From Candidatus Poribacteria bacterium (GTDB lineage Bacteria; Poribacteria; WGA-4E; PCPOR2b), in assembly GCA_965116925.1 (NCBI GenBank), contig OZ220744.1, forward strand, positions 2,688,001 through 2,752,000: a stretch of DNA of 64,000 nt. The letters run 5' to 3'. Position 1 is the first letter of the stretch. Each line of letters starts with the position of its first letter. Of this stretch, positions 29,323 through 40,349 are shown piece after piece. A program made the position numbers and the translations under genes. Under the pieces are notes generated by a model. The model saw only the letters and a list, made by a program, of their open reading frames with translations, was not told the origin of the DNA and did not search any database.

Positions 29323-30237
29323 TCACTCAATTTCGTAGATGACATTCACCGTGACCGTGATCTGGAGTTGACCAGATTGGATGGGGGTTTCCGCTGCTGC
29401 GTCGGCTGCGATAGCGAACGCAAGAGGTTGCGGTCCATAAAACCCACCTGATTCGGAGATAGAAATCGGTTTTCCAAGCGTGACCCCACCTTCAGTTGCT
29501 AACGTCTGTGCTTTTGCTTGTGCCTCCTGCATCGCCGCCACACGCGCCTGCATTTGTAATGTTGTAGGATCCTCAATCGTGAACTGAATTGCGTTAATCT
29601 CCACCAAGTCCCCGCCGGCTTCCGCTGCATCGTCAATCACATTCCCAACAGTGCCCAGATCACGGATCTTCGCAGAGACAGTATTTGTAACTCTATATCC
29701 CCGAAACTCGCGCTTACCTTTGCTATAGTCATACTGCTGGTGGATGCTGAAATGCTGGGTCTGAATGTCCGCATCAAGGAGACCGTTGCCTTTTAGCGAT
29801 TCGATTACCCCCGCCATCGCTTCAGCAGCTTCTGTCCGTGCCTGTTTCACGGAGTCCCTTTCCACCGAAACTCCGATACTCAGCACGACCACATCAGGGG
29901 CCCCTGCGACCATACCGGTGCCGGTCACCCGAACCGTCTTTTCTGTTTTCTCTCGGTTGATGACCTCTATGGTACGTTCTTCCGGTTCAACCGAAACCTG
30001 CACATCGTCCCCCAAGCTACCTGCGACTATCACCAAATCAAACAGGTTTATACTCCCATCCTGATTTACATCGCGTGGAGATGCAGCAAAATCAAGTCCC
30101 GCTTGAGTGTTTAGAAGCGGTGTCAATTCAGCAACGGTGAGTTCGGTATCTTCTTCCGGCTTAGTTCCCTCATCTGCAGCGCATCCAATTAACAATATGG
30201 TCAGACAGACGAGAGGATAAATAAATTTAACTTTCAT
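29323..30237 (-). CDS. Lipoprotein with a dockerin-like motif and SIMPL (DUF541) domain
   Basis: LLIGC lipobox; DVNQDGSINLFDL; V.V.G.G.V...PD..; A..KA..LA...G..LG. Confidence 0.8.
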   Translation of the reverse strand: MKVKFIYPLVCLTILLIGCAADEGTKPEEDTELTVAELTPLLNTQAGLDFAASPRDVNQDGSINLFDLVIVAGSLGDDVQVSVEPEERTIEVINREKTEKTVRVTGTGMVAGAPDVVVLSIGVSVERDSVKQARTEAAEAMAGVIESLKGNGLLDADIQTQHFSIHQQYDYSKGKREFRGYRVTNTVSAKIRDLGTVGNVIDDAAEAGGDLVEINAIQFTIEDPTTLQMQARVAAMQEAQAKAQTLATEGGVTLGKPISISESGGFYGPQPLAFAIAADAAAETPIQSGQLQITVTVNVIYEIE

Positions 30238-30500
30238 GGATAAAATCTCCTTACATAGTGAAGCGTGAAACGTGATACGTGATAAAATGAACCGCCGAGA
30301 CGCAGAGTGCGCGGAGAAAACATGAAAATGAAATACCAACACCGTCGCGCGATAGTTCTAGGCTCATTGAGCCAAACACGATAGCGCAGTAGCCCGATAT
30401 TTGTGAAGGGGCGAAAGTAAGTAAATGCTTTTCCCACTTTCTTCTCTTCCTCTGTGTTCTCTGCGCCTCTGCGGTAAAAAATGAATAACAGATTTGGGTT

Positions 30501-32366
30501 TTACAGAAAGTAACGTTCCTTCTGCTTTGCGGTCTCATATTCCTCGTAAGCCTGCTGCACGGTGTCCACCTCAGAAACTTCAGCGATCGGCACATCCCAC
30601 CACGATTCGTAACTGGGGACACGCTTCTCGAAATCAACATCGACCTTGATTACCGTTGTGCGGTCGGATGCTTTCGCCGCTCCGAGTGCTGTTTTCAGGC
30701 TTGTTGCCGAATCCGCCTCAATAACGTGTGCGCCAAGGCTTGCGGCGTTCGCAACCAGATCCACCGGCAACACCCCACCGTCAAGTTGACCTGTGGCATC
30801 GTTACGATACAGGAATTTCGTTCCAAATCCCTGTGCGCCGGTCGCCTCGGAAAGCCCGCCGATGCTGCTGTGACCGTAGTTGTTCACTAACACAATGGTC
30901 AGTTTGTACCCTTCCTGAACCGCGGTCATAATCTCCTGTCCCATCAGCAGGTAAGAGCCGTCGCCGACCAGCACGTAGACCTCGCGGCTTGGGTCTGCCA
31001 TCTTGATCCCCAGGCCTCCTGCGACCTCGTAGCCCATACAGGAGTAGCCGAACTCCACATCATACCCCTTGGGGTCGCGAGTGCGCCACAGCTTCTGGAG
31101 ATCGCCCGGTAGACTGCCCGCCGCACCGATAAGCACATCCTTCGGATCTGAGAACTCGTTTACCACGCCAATCACTTCACCCTGACTAAGAATCTCGCTG
31201 TGATCTGGATGATAGATTCGGTCTACCTCAGCATCCCATTCCTCACGTAGTTTAGCGATTTGGGCGACGTAGTCCAAATTGACACGGTAGCCTTGAACGG
31301 CATCACCGAGTTCGTCAAGTGTTACACGCGCATCTGCGGTCAATGGTAATGCTGCGTGCTTGGCAGCGTCAAACTCTGCGACGTTGATGGTGACGAAGCG
31401 CACTTCTGGATGCTGAAATGCGGTCTTTGAGGCGGTTATGAAATCGCTCAGACGGGAGCCTGCTACAATGATGAGGTCCGCATCACGGGCGATAGTATTT
31501 GCACCGAGCGTGCCGGAGACACCCATCCCGCCCAAACATTGTGGGTGATCATAGCGGAGGGAGCCTTTGCCGGCAAATGTTTCAGCGACAGGGATGCCGG
31601 TCTGTTCAGCAAAGCGAGCGAGCGCGTCGGTTGCCTCGCTGTATTTTACACCGCCGCCTGCGATGATAAGCGGTTGTTTGCTGCTGCGGATCCATTCAGC
31701 AGCTTTTTTCAGCGCATTGATGTCGGCGCGTGGGCGTGGAATCGTCTGAACCCGCTTTTCAAATAGCGCGGACGGATAATCGTAGGCTTCGGCTTGCACA
31801 TCCTGCGGCAATGCCACTGTGACGACACCCGTTTCCGCCGGCGAGGTCAGCACACGCATCGCCTCCGGCAGCGCGGTGATAATCTGTTCCGGACGGTTGA
31901 TTCGATCCCAGTAGCGCGAGATGGGCTTGAAGCAGTCGTTCACCGAAATATCCTGCGAACTGGGTGATTCAAGTTGCTGTAGGACGGGACCGACGAGCCG
32001 TGTTGAGAAGATGTCGCCCGGCAACAGCAGGATAGGTATCCGATTGATGGTCGCACCGGCAGCGGCGGTCACCATGTTGGTCGCGCCAGGTCCAATCGAA
32101 GAGGTACACGCAAAGGTGCGTAGGCGGTTGTTCATCTTCGCATACGCCGCAGCGGTATGCACCATCGCTTGCTCATTGCGGGTCTGATAGAACCGGAATG
32201 AGTCTGCATATTGATGCAGTGCCTGACCCACTCCAGCGACGTTACCGTGTCCAAAGATGCCGAACATACCCCCAAAAAACTGATGTTCGATGCCATCGCG
32301 TTCAACATATTGGTTTTTGAGAAATTCGACGACGGCTTGCCCCATCGTCAATCTTTGAGTTTTCAT
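30501..32366 (-). CDS. iolD: 3D-(3,5/4)-trihydroxycyclohexane-1,2-dione acylhydrolase
   Basis: GIFGHGNVAG, RNEQAM, SIGPGA.N, SRYWDRI.RPEQ, GYSCMGYE, GDGSY, WWDVP. Confidence 0.95.
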   Translation of the reverse strand: MKTQRLTMGQAVVEFLKNQYVERDGIEHQFFGGMFGIFGHGNVAGVGQALHQYADSFRFYQTRNEQAMVHTAAAYAKMNNRLRTFACTSSIGPGATNMVTAAAGATINRIPILLLPGDIFSTRLVGPVLQQLESPSSQDISVNDCFKPISRYWDRINRPEQIITALPEAMRVLTSPAETGVVTVALPQDVQAEAYDYPSALFEKRVQTIPRPRADINALKKAAEWIRSSKQPLIIAGGGVKYSEATDALARFAEQTGIPVAETFAGKGSLRYDHPQCLGGMGVSGTLGANTIARDADLIIVAGSRLSDFITASKTAFQHPEVRFVTINVAEFDAAKHAALPLTADARVTLDELGDAVQGYRVNLDYVAQIAKLREEWDAEVDRIYHPDHSEILSQGEVIGVVNEFSDPKDVLIGAAGSLPGDLQKLWRTRDPKGYDVEFGYSCMGYEVAGGLGIKMADPSREVYVLVGDGSYLLMGQEIMTAVQEGYKLTIVLVNNYGHSSIGGLSEATGAQGFGTKFLYRNDATGQLDGGVLPVDLVANAASLGAHVIEADSATSLKTALGAAKASDRTTVIKVDVDFEKRVPSYESWWDVPIAEVSEVDTVQQAYEEYETAKQKERYFL

Positions 32367-32379
32367 AGTTGTCTCCTTT

Positions 32380-32456
32380 ATTTTACGCTGCAAGGCGGTA
32401 TAATCCTCCGCCCGGAGTTGATACGAATAGATTCCACCTGCCACTGATTTTCCACC
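32380..32456 (-). pseudogene. Remnant of a FlgD-like C-terminal tail
   Basis: GKSVAGGIYSYQLRAEDYTALQR matches GESVASGIYFYQIHAGDYTALRR of the neighbouring WD40 protein. Confidence 0.65.
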
Positions 32457-32649
32457 TTGATAGATTTTATCACACAATTGTTCTGTTGGGTAGAGGATAA
32501 ATTCACACGACAGGAAAAAAGAGGGACATACTGAAGCAATTCACTAATCAACGTTTCGGTGTCGAGATATGAATCTCGACCTACGGGTTCTGTTGACTTT
32601 AGGCAAATTTGGTGAGAAAGCGAAGCATTGGGGGTGAGGTCGAGGGGGC

Positions 32650-35085
32650 CTACTTGAGGATGACCATCCGCCGTAATGCAGTGTAATCACCCGCATGGAT
32701 TTGATAGAAATAGATGCCGCTCGCGACGGATTCTCCACTGTCGTTACGACCGTCCCAATAGGCTGCGTTTGCTCTATTTGTGTAATCCCCTGGGGATTGA
32801 TATCCTAGATCCAATTGACGCACCGGCCCCCCTTTTGTATCATAAATGGTGAGGGTTACATTGGCGGTATGGGCGAGGCGATACGGTATCCATGTTTCGG
32901 GATTGAACGGATTGGGGTAGTTTGGGAGGAGTGCGGTTTCGGCGGGAGTGAGTATAGCTAACAGTGTTTCGAGATTAGCGATACCGCGCCGGAAGGTGAG
33001 CGAGCCGTCATCTGCTATGTGTGCTATATCAATCCATTTCTGAACCGTTTTAGAAGTGATGGGAATACCCATCGGTGTAGAGAAAAACGATTGGTGCCCT
33101 TTAAGGACTACGGGTGCTGCAGGAGTTGCTGTTTCATCAAGGTATGCGCTGACGGCAACCAAATCAAGGATGTTAACGATGCCATCGCCGTTGACATCTC
33201 CCGATAGCTCTTTCCCTGTTTGTCCAAAGCGTTCTGCGACTGTAGCCAAATCAAGTAGATTTACGGCACCGTCTCGGTTGACATCATAGATGGATACCTG
33301 TATCGGTGTCCCTGTTAGAGGTGCGAGGTTCCACAAGAGTACTGTACCATCCTCACTCCCGCTTGCGAGTGTGTAACCGTCCGGACTAAATGTCACACTC
33401 AAGATAGAGTTTGTGTGTCCCGTGAAGGTAGCTTTGTGTTGTCCTGTGGCAACATCCCACAGCCGTACCGTGTTATCTGGTCGACCTGCACCACTTGCGA
33501 GCGTGGTGCCATCGGAACTGAATGCGACACTACTAACCCAACGCGTGTGACCCACGAGGGTGGCTGTGAGCTGTTTTGTTGGAACCTCCCATAGCTGTAT
33601 CGAACCCTCCCTACTCCAATCCCATATCCCACAAGCGAGTATCCTACCATCTGGACTGAACGCGACACTGCCGACGCGGCCCCTCTGCCCCATGAGGGTA
33701 GCTGTGTGCTGTCCTGTAGTAACCTCCCACAAATGCACCGTGTTGTCCTTGCTTCCACTTGCCAATATAGCTCCATCTGGACTGAATGCTACGCTTAAAA
33801 TCGCGTCTCCGTGCCCGGTGAGGGTGGTTTGGAGCTGCCCTGTGGCAGCGTTCCACAATCGCACCGTGTCATCCTCATCCCCGCTGGCGAGTATAGTACC
33901 ATCTGGACTGAATGCTACACTATTGACAACGTCTGTATGTTCCGGGAGAGTGACTGTGAGTTGACCTGTGGCAACATTCCACAGCCGCACCGTGTCGTCA
34001 CGGCCTCCACTTGCGAGTGTGGTGCCGTCCGGATGGAACGCTACACTGTTGACTCCGTCCGCATGGCCTGCGAGGGTGGCTTTATGTCTTCCTGCCTCTA
34101 CCTCCCACAGTCGTATCCTGCCGTCTAGCCAACCTCCCCCAGCCACCAACGTGGCACCATCTGGACTGAACGCGACACTGCTGACACGGTGCGTATGCTC
34201 TCTGAGGATGGTTCTCGGTTTCCACGTATCTACATCACGCAGCCATACCGTGTTGTCTTGACTTGCAGTTGCCAACGTGGTGCCGTCCGGACTGAACAGG
34301 ACAGTGTTGATAAAGTCCGCATGCCCTGCGAGAGTCGTTTTGAGTTGTTTTGTGGCAACATCCCACAGTCGTACTATGCTCTCCGACGCACTTCCCGTGG
34401 TTGCCAGCGTTGTACCATCCGGACGGAATGCTACATTTGAAACTGAACCTATATGACCCGTGGGAATGGCTATGGACTGACCTGTGGCAAGATCCCACAA
34501 CCTCACTGTCTGATCGTAACTCCCACTTGCTAATGTGTTACCATCCGGACTGAACGCAACACTCCTGATAGCGTCTGTATGCCCCGTGAGGGTGGCTATG
34601 GACAGACCTGTGGCAACATCCCACAACCGCACTGTCTTGTCACTAGCTCCACTTGCGAGCATCGTGCCATCCGGACTAAACGCTACGCTATAGATATGGT
34701 CGGTATGCCCCGTGAGGGTGGCTTTGAGCTGCATTGTAGCAACGTCCCAGATTTGCACTGTGCTATCTTTTCCAGCCGAACTCTCTGCTATGCTTGCGAG
34801 TATCGTACCATCTGGACTGAGTGCGACGCTCGAAACTCCTATAAGGAGGTCAAGTGCTGTGCCAGTATCGGTATCGTAGATCCATGTCCCAATAGAGCTT
34901 GCAACCGCCAAACGATTCCCATCGGGGAAATACGCTATCTTTCCAGTGATCCAACCCTGTCCCAAACGCCCTTTGGCACCATCGGGTAAACTCCATGTGG
35001 TGTAGTTTTGAGCATAGGTATTTGGTAGGAATGCAAGTACTCCGAAGGAGAGGAGCATGAGTATAGAAAATTGTGCTGTTTTCAT
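32650..35085 (-). CDS. Secreted WD40-repeat protein with dockerin-like and FlgD-like C-terminal domains (type A)
   Basis: Signal peptide; many GH..V.SVAFSPDG..LAS...D.TVRLWD repeats; DVN.DG.VN.LDL x2; NYPNPFNPETWIPY. Confidence 0.93.
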   Translation of the reverse strand: MKTAQFSILMLLSFGVLAFLPNTYAQNYTTWSLPDGAKGRLGQGWITGKIAYFPDGNRLAVASSIGTWIYDTDTGTALDLLIGVSSVALSPDGTILASIAESSAGKDSTVQIWDVATMQLKATLTGHTDHIYSVAFSPDGTMLASGASDKTVRLWDVATGLSIATLTGHTDAIRSVAFSPDGNTLASGSYDQTVRLWDLATGQSIAIPTGHIGSVSNVAFRPDGTTLATTGSASESIVRLWDVATKQLKTTLAGHADFINTVLFSPDGTTLATASQDNTVWLRDVDTWKPRTILREHTHRVSSVAFSPDGATLVAGGGWLDGRIRLWEVEAGRHKATLAGHADGVNSVAFHPDGTTLASGGRDDTVRLWNVATGQLTVTLPEHTDVVNSVAFSPDGTILASGDEDDTVRLWNAATGQLQTTLTGHGDAILSVAFSPDGAILASGSKDNTVHLWEVTTGQHTATLMGQRGRVGSVAFSPDGRILACGIWDWSREGSIQLWEVPTKQLTATLVGHTRWVSSVAFSSDGTTLASGAGRPDNTVRLWDVATGQHKATFTGHTNSILSVTFSPDGYTLASGSEDGTVLLWNLAPLTGTPIQVSIYDVNRDGAVNLLDLATVAERFGQTGKELSGDVNGDGIVNILDLVAVSAYLDETATPAAPVVLKGHQSFFSTPMGIPITSKTVQKWIDIAHIADDGSLTFRRGIANLETLLAILTPAETALLPNYPNPFNPETWIPYRLAHTANVTLTIYDTKGGPVRQLDLGYQSPGDYTNRANAAYWDGRNDSGESVASGIYFYQIHAGDYTALRRMVILK

Positions 35086-35122
35086 CAGTTAGATTCCTCC
35101 CTATAGATTACGGGTGTCGATC

Positions 35123-37657
35123 CTACTTCAAAATAAGCATCTTACGCGTTGCGGAGTAATTCCCTGCGGACAGACTGTAGAAGTAAACGCCGCTTGCGAC
35201 CGGCTCTCCCGTCTCTGCTCTACCGTCCCAATAGGCTGCCTTTGCGCGATCCGTGTAATACCCCGCGGACTGGTGTCCCAGATCCAACCGACGCACCGGC
35301 ACGCCTTTTGTGTCATAAATCGTGAGGGTTACGTCGGCGGCGTGGGCGAGCTGGTACGGAATCCATGTCTCAGGATTAAATGGATTGGGATAGTTGGACA
35401 ACAAATTGGAGACTCTCGGAACGGAGACAAGCTCTTGCGATGGCAGTGCCGCTAGGAGTTGTTCAAGAACGGGAATGCCGCGCTGATAGATGAGCGAACC
35501 GTCATCTGCTGCGTGAGCCATATTGATCCACCCCTGAATCGTATCTCGGTTGAGATTTAATAGGTTCCGTTTCTTTCCTTTATCAGGGAACAGAAATGCG
35601 GTTGGCGCAGTGGGAATCATCGTTTCGCTAAACACGGCAGCAACCTTGACAAGATCGAGAATATCAACAACACCATCTCCGTTGACATCGGCATCATTCT
35701 GCCCTGTTTGTCCCAGGTTTGATCCCACGAACATCAAATCCAAAATATTCACCATATCATCGTGGTTGACATCTCCGGGTTTCGTTCTAGGGGTGAACTC
35801 CCATAGGAGCACTGTGCCGTCATAACTCCCACTTGCGAGCAAGGTGCCAGCCGGATTAAACACGACACTCCGGACACTGACCGTATGCCCTATAAAGGTG
35901 GCTTGAAGTCGCCCGGTGGCAACGTCCCATAGTCGCACCATTTTATCCCGTCCCCCACTTGCGAGTGTCCGACCATCCGGGCTGAACGCGATACTAGCGA
36001 CATCGTAGGTGTTTCCTGCAAGAGTCGCTTTGAGTTGCCCGGTGGCAACGTCCCACAGTCCCACCGTTTTGTCTTGGCTTCCACTTGCTATCATGGTGCC
36101 ATCTGGACTGAACGCTATATCCCAGATAAAGGGTCTATACCCCATGAGCGTAGTTTTGAGTTGCCCCGTGACAGGATTCCACAACCGGATTGTATTCTCT
36201 GTGCTCCCAGCTGCGAGAATGGTGCCATCTGGGCTAAACGCTACGCTCGTGATAGTCGCTATTCCCCATGTAAAAGTGGCGCGCTGCTGCCCGGTGGGGA
36301 CATCCCAAAGGCGCAACGTCCTATCCCAGTGTCCATTTGCCGTAGCAAGCGTGTTGCCATCGGGACTGAACGCTACACTGTTGATACCATACGTATGCCC
36401 GATGAAGATGGTTTTGAGTTGCCCGGTGGCGACGTCCCACAGCCGTGCTGTGTAGTCTACACTTCCACTCGCAAGTGTGTTTCCATCCGGACTGAACGCT
36501 ATCGTCCGAACAGTGTCTGTATGTCCCTTGAGGATACCTTTGGGGTTCCATGTCGCAGTATCCCATAGCTGCACTACATTGCCGCTCCCACCTGCGAGTG
36601 TAGTACCATCTGGACTAAACACTATATTTGAACTGCTACTCTTATGCTCTGCGAAGATAGCTTTGAATTGCCCTGCGGCAACATCCCACAGTTTTATCAC
36701 CCCGCCACTTCCGGTTGCGAGTGTGCTACCATCCGGACTGAACGCTAGACTTTCAGGCCCACCCATGTGCCCTGTAAGGGTGGCTTTCAATTCCCCCGTG
36801 GTTACATCCCACAGTCGTATCGTATCGTCGCGCCAACCGCCCCCACTCGCCAGCGTGTTTCCATCCGGGCTAAATGCAATACTATCGACACTGCCCACAT
36901 GTCCAGTGAGGGTGGCTTTATGTTGTCCTGTCTGCATATCCCACAGCCGCACTGTCTCGTCAACACTTCCGGTTGCGAGTGTGTTTCCATCTGGACTGAA
37001 CGCGGCACTATAGACGCTTTCCTTATGCCCCGTAAGGGTGGCCTTTAACGCTCCTGTGGTTGCAGTCCACAGCCGCACTGTCTTGTCACTACTTCCAGTT
37101 GCGAGTGTGGTGCCGTCCGGGCTAAATGCGACACCATAGACACCGCGTGTATGCCCAGTGAAGGTGGCTTTGTGTTGTCCTGTCCGCGCATTCCATAGCC
37201 GTACTGTCTTGTCACCACTCCCACTTGCGAGTGTGGTGCTATCCGGACTAAAGGCCATATCTGAGATACCGCTTGTATGTCCTGTGAGAGCGGCTTTGAT
37301 CTCCCATGTTGCAACATCCCATAAGCGTATTGTTCTGTCACTCCATCTGCCCCCACTCGCCAGCGTGTTGCCATCGGGACTGAACGCTAAACTCTCGATC
37401 TGCGTCGTATGCCCCGTGAGCAGCTCCAGTTCTGCCCCGGTGTGTACATCGTATATCCAAACCCCGATAGAAGCCCCCACTGCCAAGACTTTCCCGTCCG
37501 GCGAATACGCTATATCATATATCCCGCCTTTACCGAGGCGCACCTTGGCTCCTGTGGGTAGATGCCATTGAGGCGAATCTTGGGCGTAAATATTCGATAA
37601 GAACACGAACGTTCCCAAAGAGAGAAGCAAGAATATGGAAAATTGTGCTGTTTTCAT
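35123..37657 (-). CDS. Secreted WD40-repeat/dockerin/FlgD-tail protein (type B)
   Basis: Same architecture; QDSPQWHLP start, EFTP..KPGDVNHD linker. Confidence 0.93.
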   Translation of the reverse strand: MKTAQFSIFLLLSLGTFVFLSNIYAQDSPQWHLPTGAKVRLGKGGIYDIAYSPDGKVLAVGASIGVWIYDVHTGAELELLTGHTTQIESLAFSPDGNTLASGGRWSDRTIRLWDVATWEIKAALTGHTSGISDMAFSPDSTTLASGSGDKTVRLWNARTGQHKATFTGHTRGVYGVAFSPDGTTLATGSSDKTVRLWTATTGALKATLTGHKESVYSAAFSPDGNTLATGSVDETVRLWDMQTGQHKATLTGHVGSVDSIAFSPDGNTLASGGGWRDDTIRLWDVTTGELKATLTGHMGGPESLAFSPDGSTLATGSGGVIKLWDVAAGQFKAIFAEHKSSSSNIVFSPDGTTLAGGSGNVVQLWDTATWNPKGILKGHTDTVRTIAFSPDGNTLASGSVDYTARLWDVATGQLKTIFIGHTYGINSVAFSPDGNTLATANGHWDRTLRLWDVPTGQQRATFTWGIATITSVAFSPDGTILAAGSTENTIRLWNPVTGQLKTTLMGYRPFIWDIAFSPDGTMIASGSQDKTVGLWDVATGQLKATLAGNTYDVASIAFSPDGRTLASGGRDKMVRLWDVATGRLQATFIGHTVSVRSVVFNPAGTLLASGSYDGTVLLWEFTPRTKPGDVNHDDMVNILDLMFVGSNLGQTGQNDADVNGDGVVDILDLVKVAAVFSETMIPTAPTAFLFPDKGKKRNLLNLNRDTIQGWINMAHAADDGSLIYQRGIPVLEQLLAALPSQELVSVPRVSNLLSNYPNPFNPETWIPYQLAHAADVTLTIYDTKGVPVRRLDLGHQSAGYYTDRAKAAYWDGRAETGEPVASGVYFYSLSAGNYSATRKMLILK

Positions 37658-37693
37658 TAGTCTAATTCCTCCACATAGATTACGGTGCCAATC

Positions 37694-40312
37694 CTACTTC
37701 AAAATAAGCATCTTGCGCGTTACGGAGTAATTCCCTGCGGACAGGTTGTAGAAGTAAACTCCACTTACTACCGGTTCTCTGCTGTCGTTACGACCGTCCC
37801 AATAGGCTGCCTTTGCGCGATTCGTGTAATAACCCGCGGGTTGGTATCCCAGATCCAACTGCCGCACTAGCACACCCTTTGTATCGTAAATGGTGAGGGT
37901 TACGTCGGCGTCATGGGCAAGATGATATGGTATCCATGTTTCGGGATTGAACGGATTGGGGTAGTTTGGAAGGAGTGCGGTTTCGGCGGGAGTGAGTATA
38001 GCTAACAATGCTTCAAGATTAGTGATACCGCGCCGGAAGGTGAGCGAGCCGTCATCTGCTATGTGTGCTATATCAATCCATTTCTGAACCGTTTTAGAAG
38101 TGATGGGAATACCCATCGGTGTAGAGAAAAACGATTGGTGTCCTTTAAGGACTACGGGTGCTGCAGAAGTTGCTGTTTCATCAAGGTGTGCGCTGACGGC
38201 AACCAAATCAAGGATGTTAACGATGCCATCGCCGTTGACATCTCCCGATAGCTCTTTCCCTGTTTGTCCAAAGCGTTCTGCGACTGTAGTCAAATCAAGT
38301 AGATTTACACCACCGTCTCGGTTGACATCATAGATGGATACCTGTATCGGTGTCCCTGTTAGAGGTGCGAGGTTCCACAAGAGTACTGTACCATCCTCAC
38401 TCCCGCTTGCGAGTGTGTAACCGTCCGGACTGAACGCAACGCTACTGACCTCCTCCGTATGCCCCGTGAAGGTGGTTATGAGTTCCCGTGTGGCAACGTC
38501 CCACAGCTGCACCGTGGCTTCCGTGTCCCAATCTCCATGTCCACTTGCGAGTGTGTTACCATCCGGACTAAACGCGACACTGTTGGCAGAACTTTTATCC
38601 CCCGTAAGAGTGACAATGAGTTTTCTTGTGGCAATATCCCACAGCTGTACTGTGCCATCTGTACCCCAATCCCCATCCCCACTCGCGCTGGCGAGTATGT
38701 TACCATCTGGACTGAACGCGACACTGTTGACAGGATTTTTATTCGCCCTGAGCGTTGCTACGAGTTGCCTTGCGGCAACATCCCACAGTTGTATATTACG
38801 GTCCCGAATCCCAGCTGCGAGTATGGTGCCATCCGGGCTGAACGCAACCGCTCTAACACCGTGCGTGGCACCCATGAGGGTTGCTTTGAGACGACCTGTA
38901 TCTGTGTCCCACAGTCGTATTGCGATGTCTTGCTTCTCACTGCTAGTGGTGTTGCCTCCCCAACCTCCGGCAGTGACAAGTGTGGTGCCGTCCGGGTTGA
39001 AAGCGATACTTAAGATAGAATTCGTGTGTCCTGTAATGGTGCTTTTGAGTTGTCCCGTATCTGTGTCCCACAATCGTATCCTGTTGTATCGTGAATCTCC
39101 ACTTGTGTTGTCGTAACCTGCCGTTGCCAGCGTATTGCCATCTGGACTAAACGCAACGCTGCTGACACCCTCCGAATGCCCGCCGAAGGTCGTTTTGCGA
39201 TGTCCTGTCTTTATGTCCCACAGTAGCACTTTATTGTTTGGCCAACCTCCCCCGCTTGCCAGCATAGTGCCATCTGGACTGAACGCTATACTGGTAATAC
39301 CGTCTGTGTACTCCCTAAGGATGGCTTTCGGTTTCCACGTAGCAACATCCCGCAGCCACACCGTGTTGTCCCAACTCCCACTTGCCAGCGTATTGCCATC
39401 TGGACTGAACGCTACACTGCTGATAAAGTCTGCCTGTCCTGCAAGGGTGGTTCTGTGTTGTCCTGTTTCCGCATCCCAAAGTTGTACCGTTTGATCCCAG
39501 CTCCCACTTGTGAGTGTGTTACCATCCGGACTGAACGCCACACTTAAAACCGGCCTCGTATGCCCCTTGAGAGTCGCTTTGGACTGACCTGTACGTGCAT
39601 ACCACAACCGTACCGTGTTGTCCCAACTCCCACTTGCCAGCGTATTGCCATCCGGACTGAACACTACACTATTGATATGGTCAGTATGCCCCGTGAGGGT
39701 GGCTTTAGACAGACCTGTATCAACATCCCACAACCACACCGTTTTGTTGTCATCTCCACTTGCTAGTATACTGCCATCTGGACTGAATGCGACACTTGTG
39801 ACTGCTCCTGTATGCCCTGTGAGAGTGGTTTTGTGTTGCCCTGTGTCAACATCCCACAGTTGTACTGTTAGGTCATTCCCGATTGCGAGCGTGTTGCCAT
39901 CCGGACTGAACGCCACACCTTCGACATAATCTGTCTGTCCTGTGAAGGTAGCTTTGTGCTGCCCGGTCCGCACATCCCACAGTTTCACCATGTTGTCGTC
40001 CCAATTCCCAGTTGCGAGTGTGTCACCATCCGGACTGAACGCGATATCTGATATATAGACAGGGCTCGTAATGAGGTCAAGTGCTGTGTTAGTAGCGGCA
40101 TCATATATCCAAATTCCAATAGTACTCACAACTGCCAGACGACTGCCATCGGGGGAATACGCCATCGTCCCAATTGTCCGACCTTTACCCAAACGCCCTT
40201 TGGCACCATCAGGTAAACTCCATGTGGTGTAGTCTTGGGCGTAGGTATTTGGCAAGAACATCAGTGTTTCTAAAGAGAAAAGAATGAGCATGGAAAATTG
40301 TACTGTTTTCAT
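37694..40312 (-). CDS. Secreted WD40-repeat/dockerin/FlgD-tail protein (type A)
   Basis: Same architecture; YTTWSLPDGAKGRLG start, NLAPLTGTPIQVSIYDVNRDG linker. Confidence 0.93.
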   Translation of the reverse strand: MKTVQFSMLILFSLETLMFLPNTYAQDYTTWSLPDGAKGRLGKGRTIGTMAYSPDGSRLAVVSTIGIWIYDAATNTALDLITSPVYISDIAFSPDGDTLATGNWDDNMVKLWDVRTGQHKATFTGQTDYVEGVAFSPDGNTLAIGNDLTVQLWDVDTGQHKTTLTGHTGAVTSVAFSPDGSILASGDDNKTVWLWDVDTGLSKATLTGHTDHINSVVFSPDGNTLASGSWDNTVRLWYARTGQSKATLKGHTRPVLSVAFSPDGNTLTSGSWDQTVQLWDAETGQHRTTLAGQADFISSVAFSPDGNTLASGSWDNTVWLRDVATWKPKAILREYTDGITSIAFSPDGTMLASGGGWPNNKVLLWDIKTGHRKTTFGGHSEGVSSVAFSPDGNTLATAGYDNTSGDSRYNRIRLWDTDTGQLKSTITGHTNSILSIAFNPDGTTLVTAGGWGGNTTSSEKQDIAIRLWDTDTGRLKATLMGATHGVRAVAFSPDGTILAAGIRDRNIQLWDVAARQLVATLRANKNPVNSVAFSPDGNILASASGDGDWGTDGTVQLWDIATRKLIVTLTGDKSSANSVAFSPDGNTLASGHGDWDTEATVQLWDVATRELITTFTGHTEEVSSVAFSPDGYTLASGSEDGTVLLWNLAPLTGTPIQVSIYDVNRDGGVNLLDLTTVAERFGQTGKELSGDVNGDGIVNILDLVAVSAHLDETATSAAPVVLKGHQSFFSTPMGIPITSKTVQKWIDIAHIADDGSLTFRRGITNLEALLAILTPAETALLPNYPNPFNPETWIPYHLAHDADVTLTIYDTKGVLVRQLDLGYQPAGYYTNRAKAAYWDGRNDSREPVVSGVYFYNLSAGNYSVTRKMLILK

Positions 40313-40349
40313 CAGTTAGATCCTCCTATACGAATTATCGCCAGTATAC

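Noticed and set aside
30361..30373. GGCTCATTGAGCC as a collapsed copy of the GGCTCATG MITE
   Set aside because: No flanking 8-bp duplication; too short to distinguish from chance
32367..32477. N-terminal extension of IolD, and similar long extensions on tyrS, zapA, SIMPL, DUF6166-like and the 54461 lipoprotein
   Set aside because: Better RBS-linked downstream starts exist; the extensions run through repeats or gene remnants
32887..38431. Diversity-generating retroelement (TR/VR pair) in the near-identical WD40 blocks
   Set aside because: Both copies are coding, the mismatches are not adenine-specific, and no reverse transcriptase is in the window
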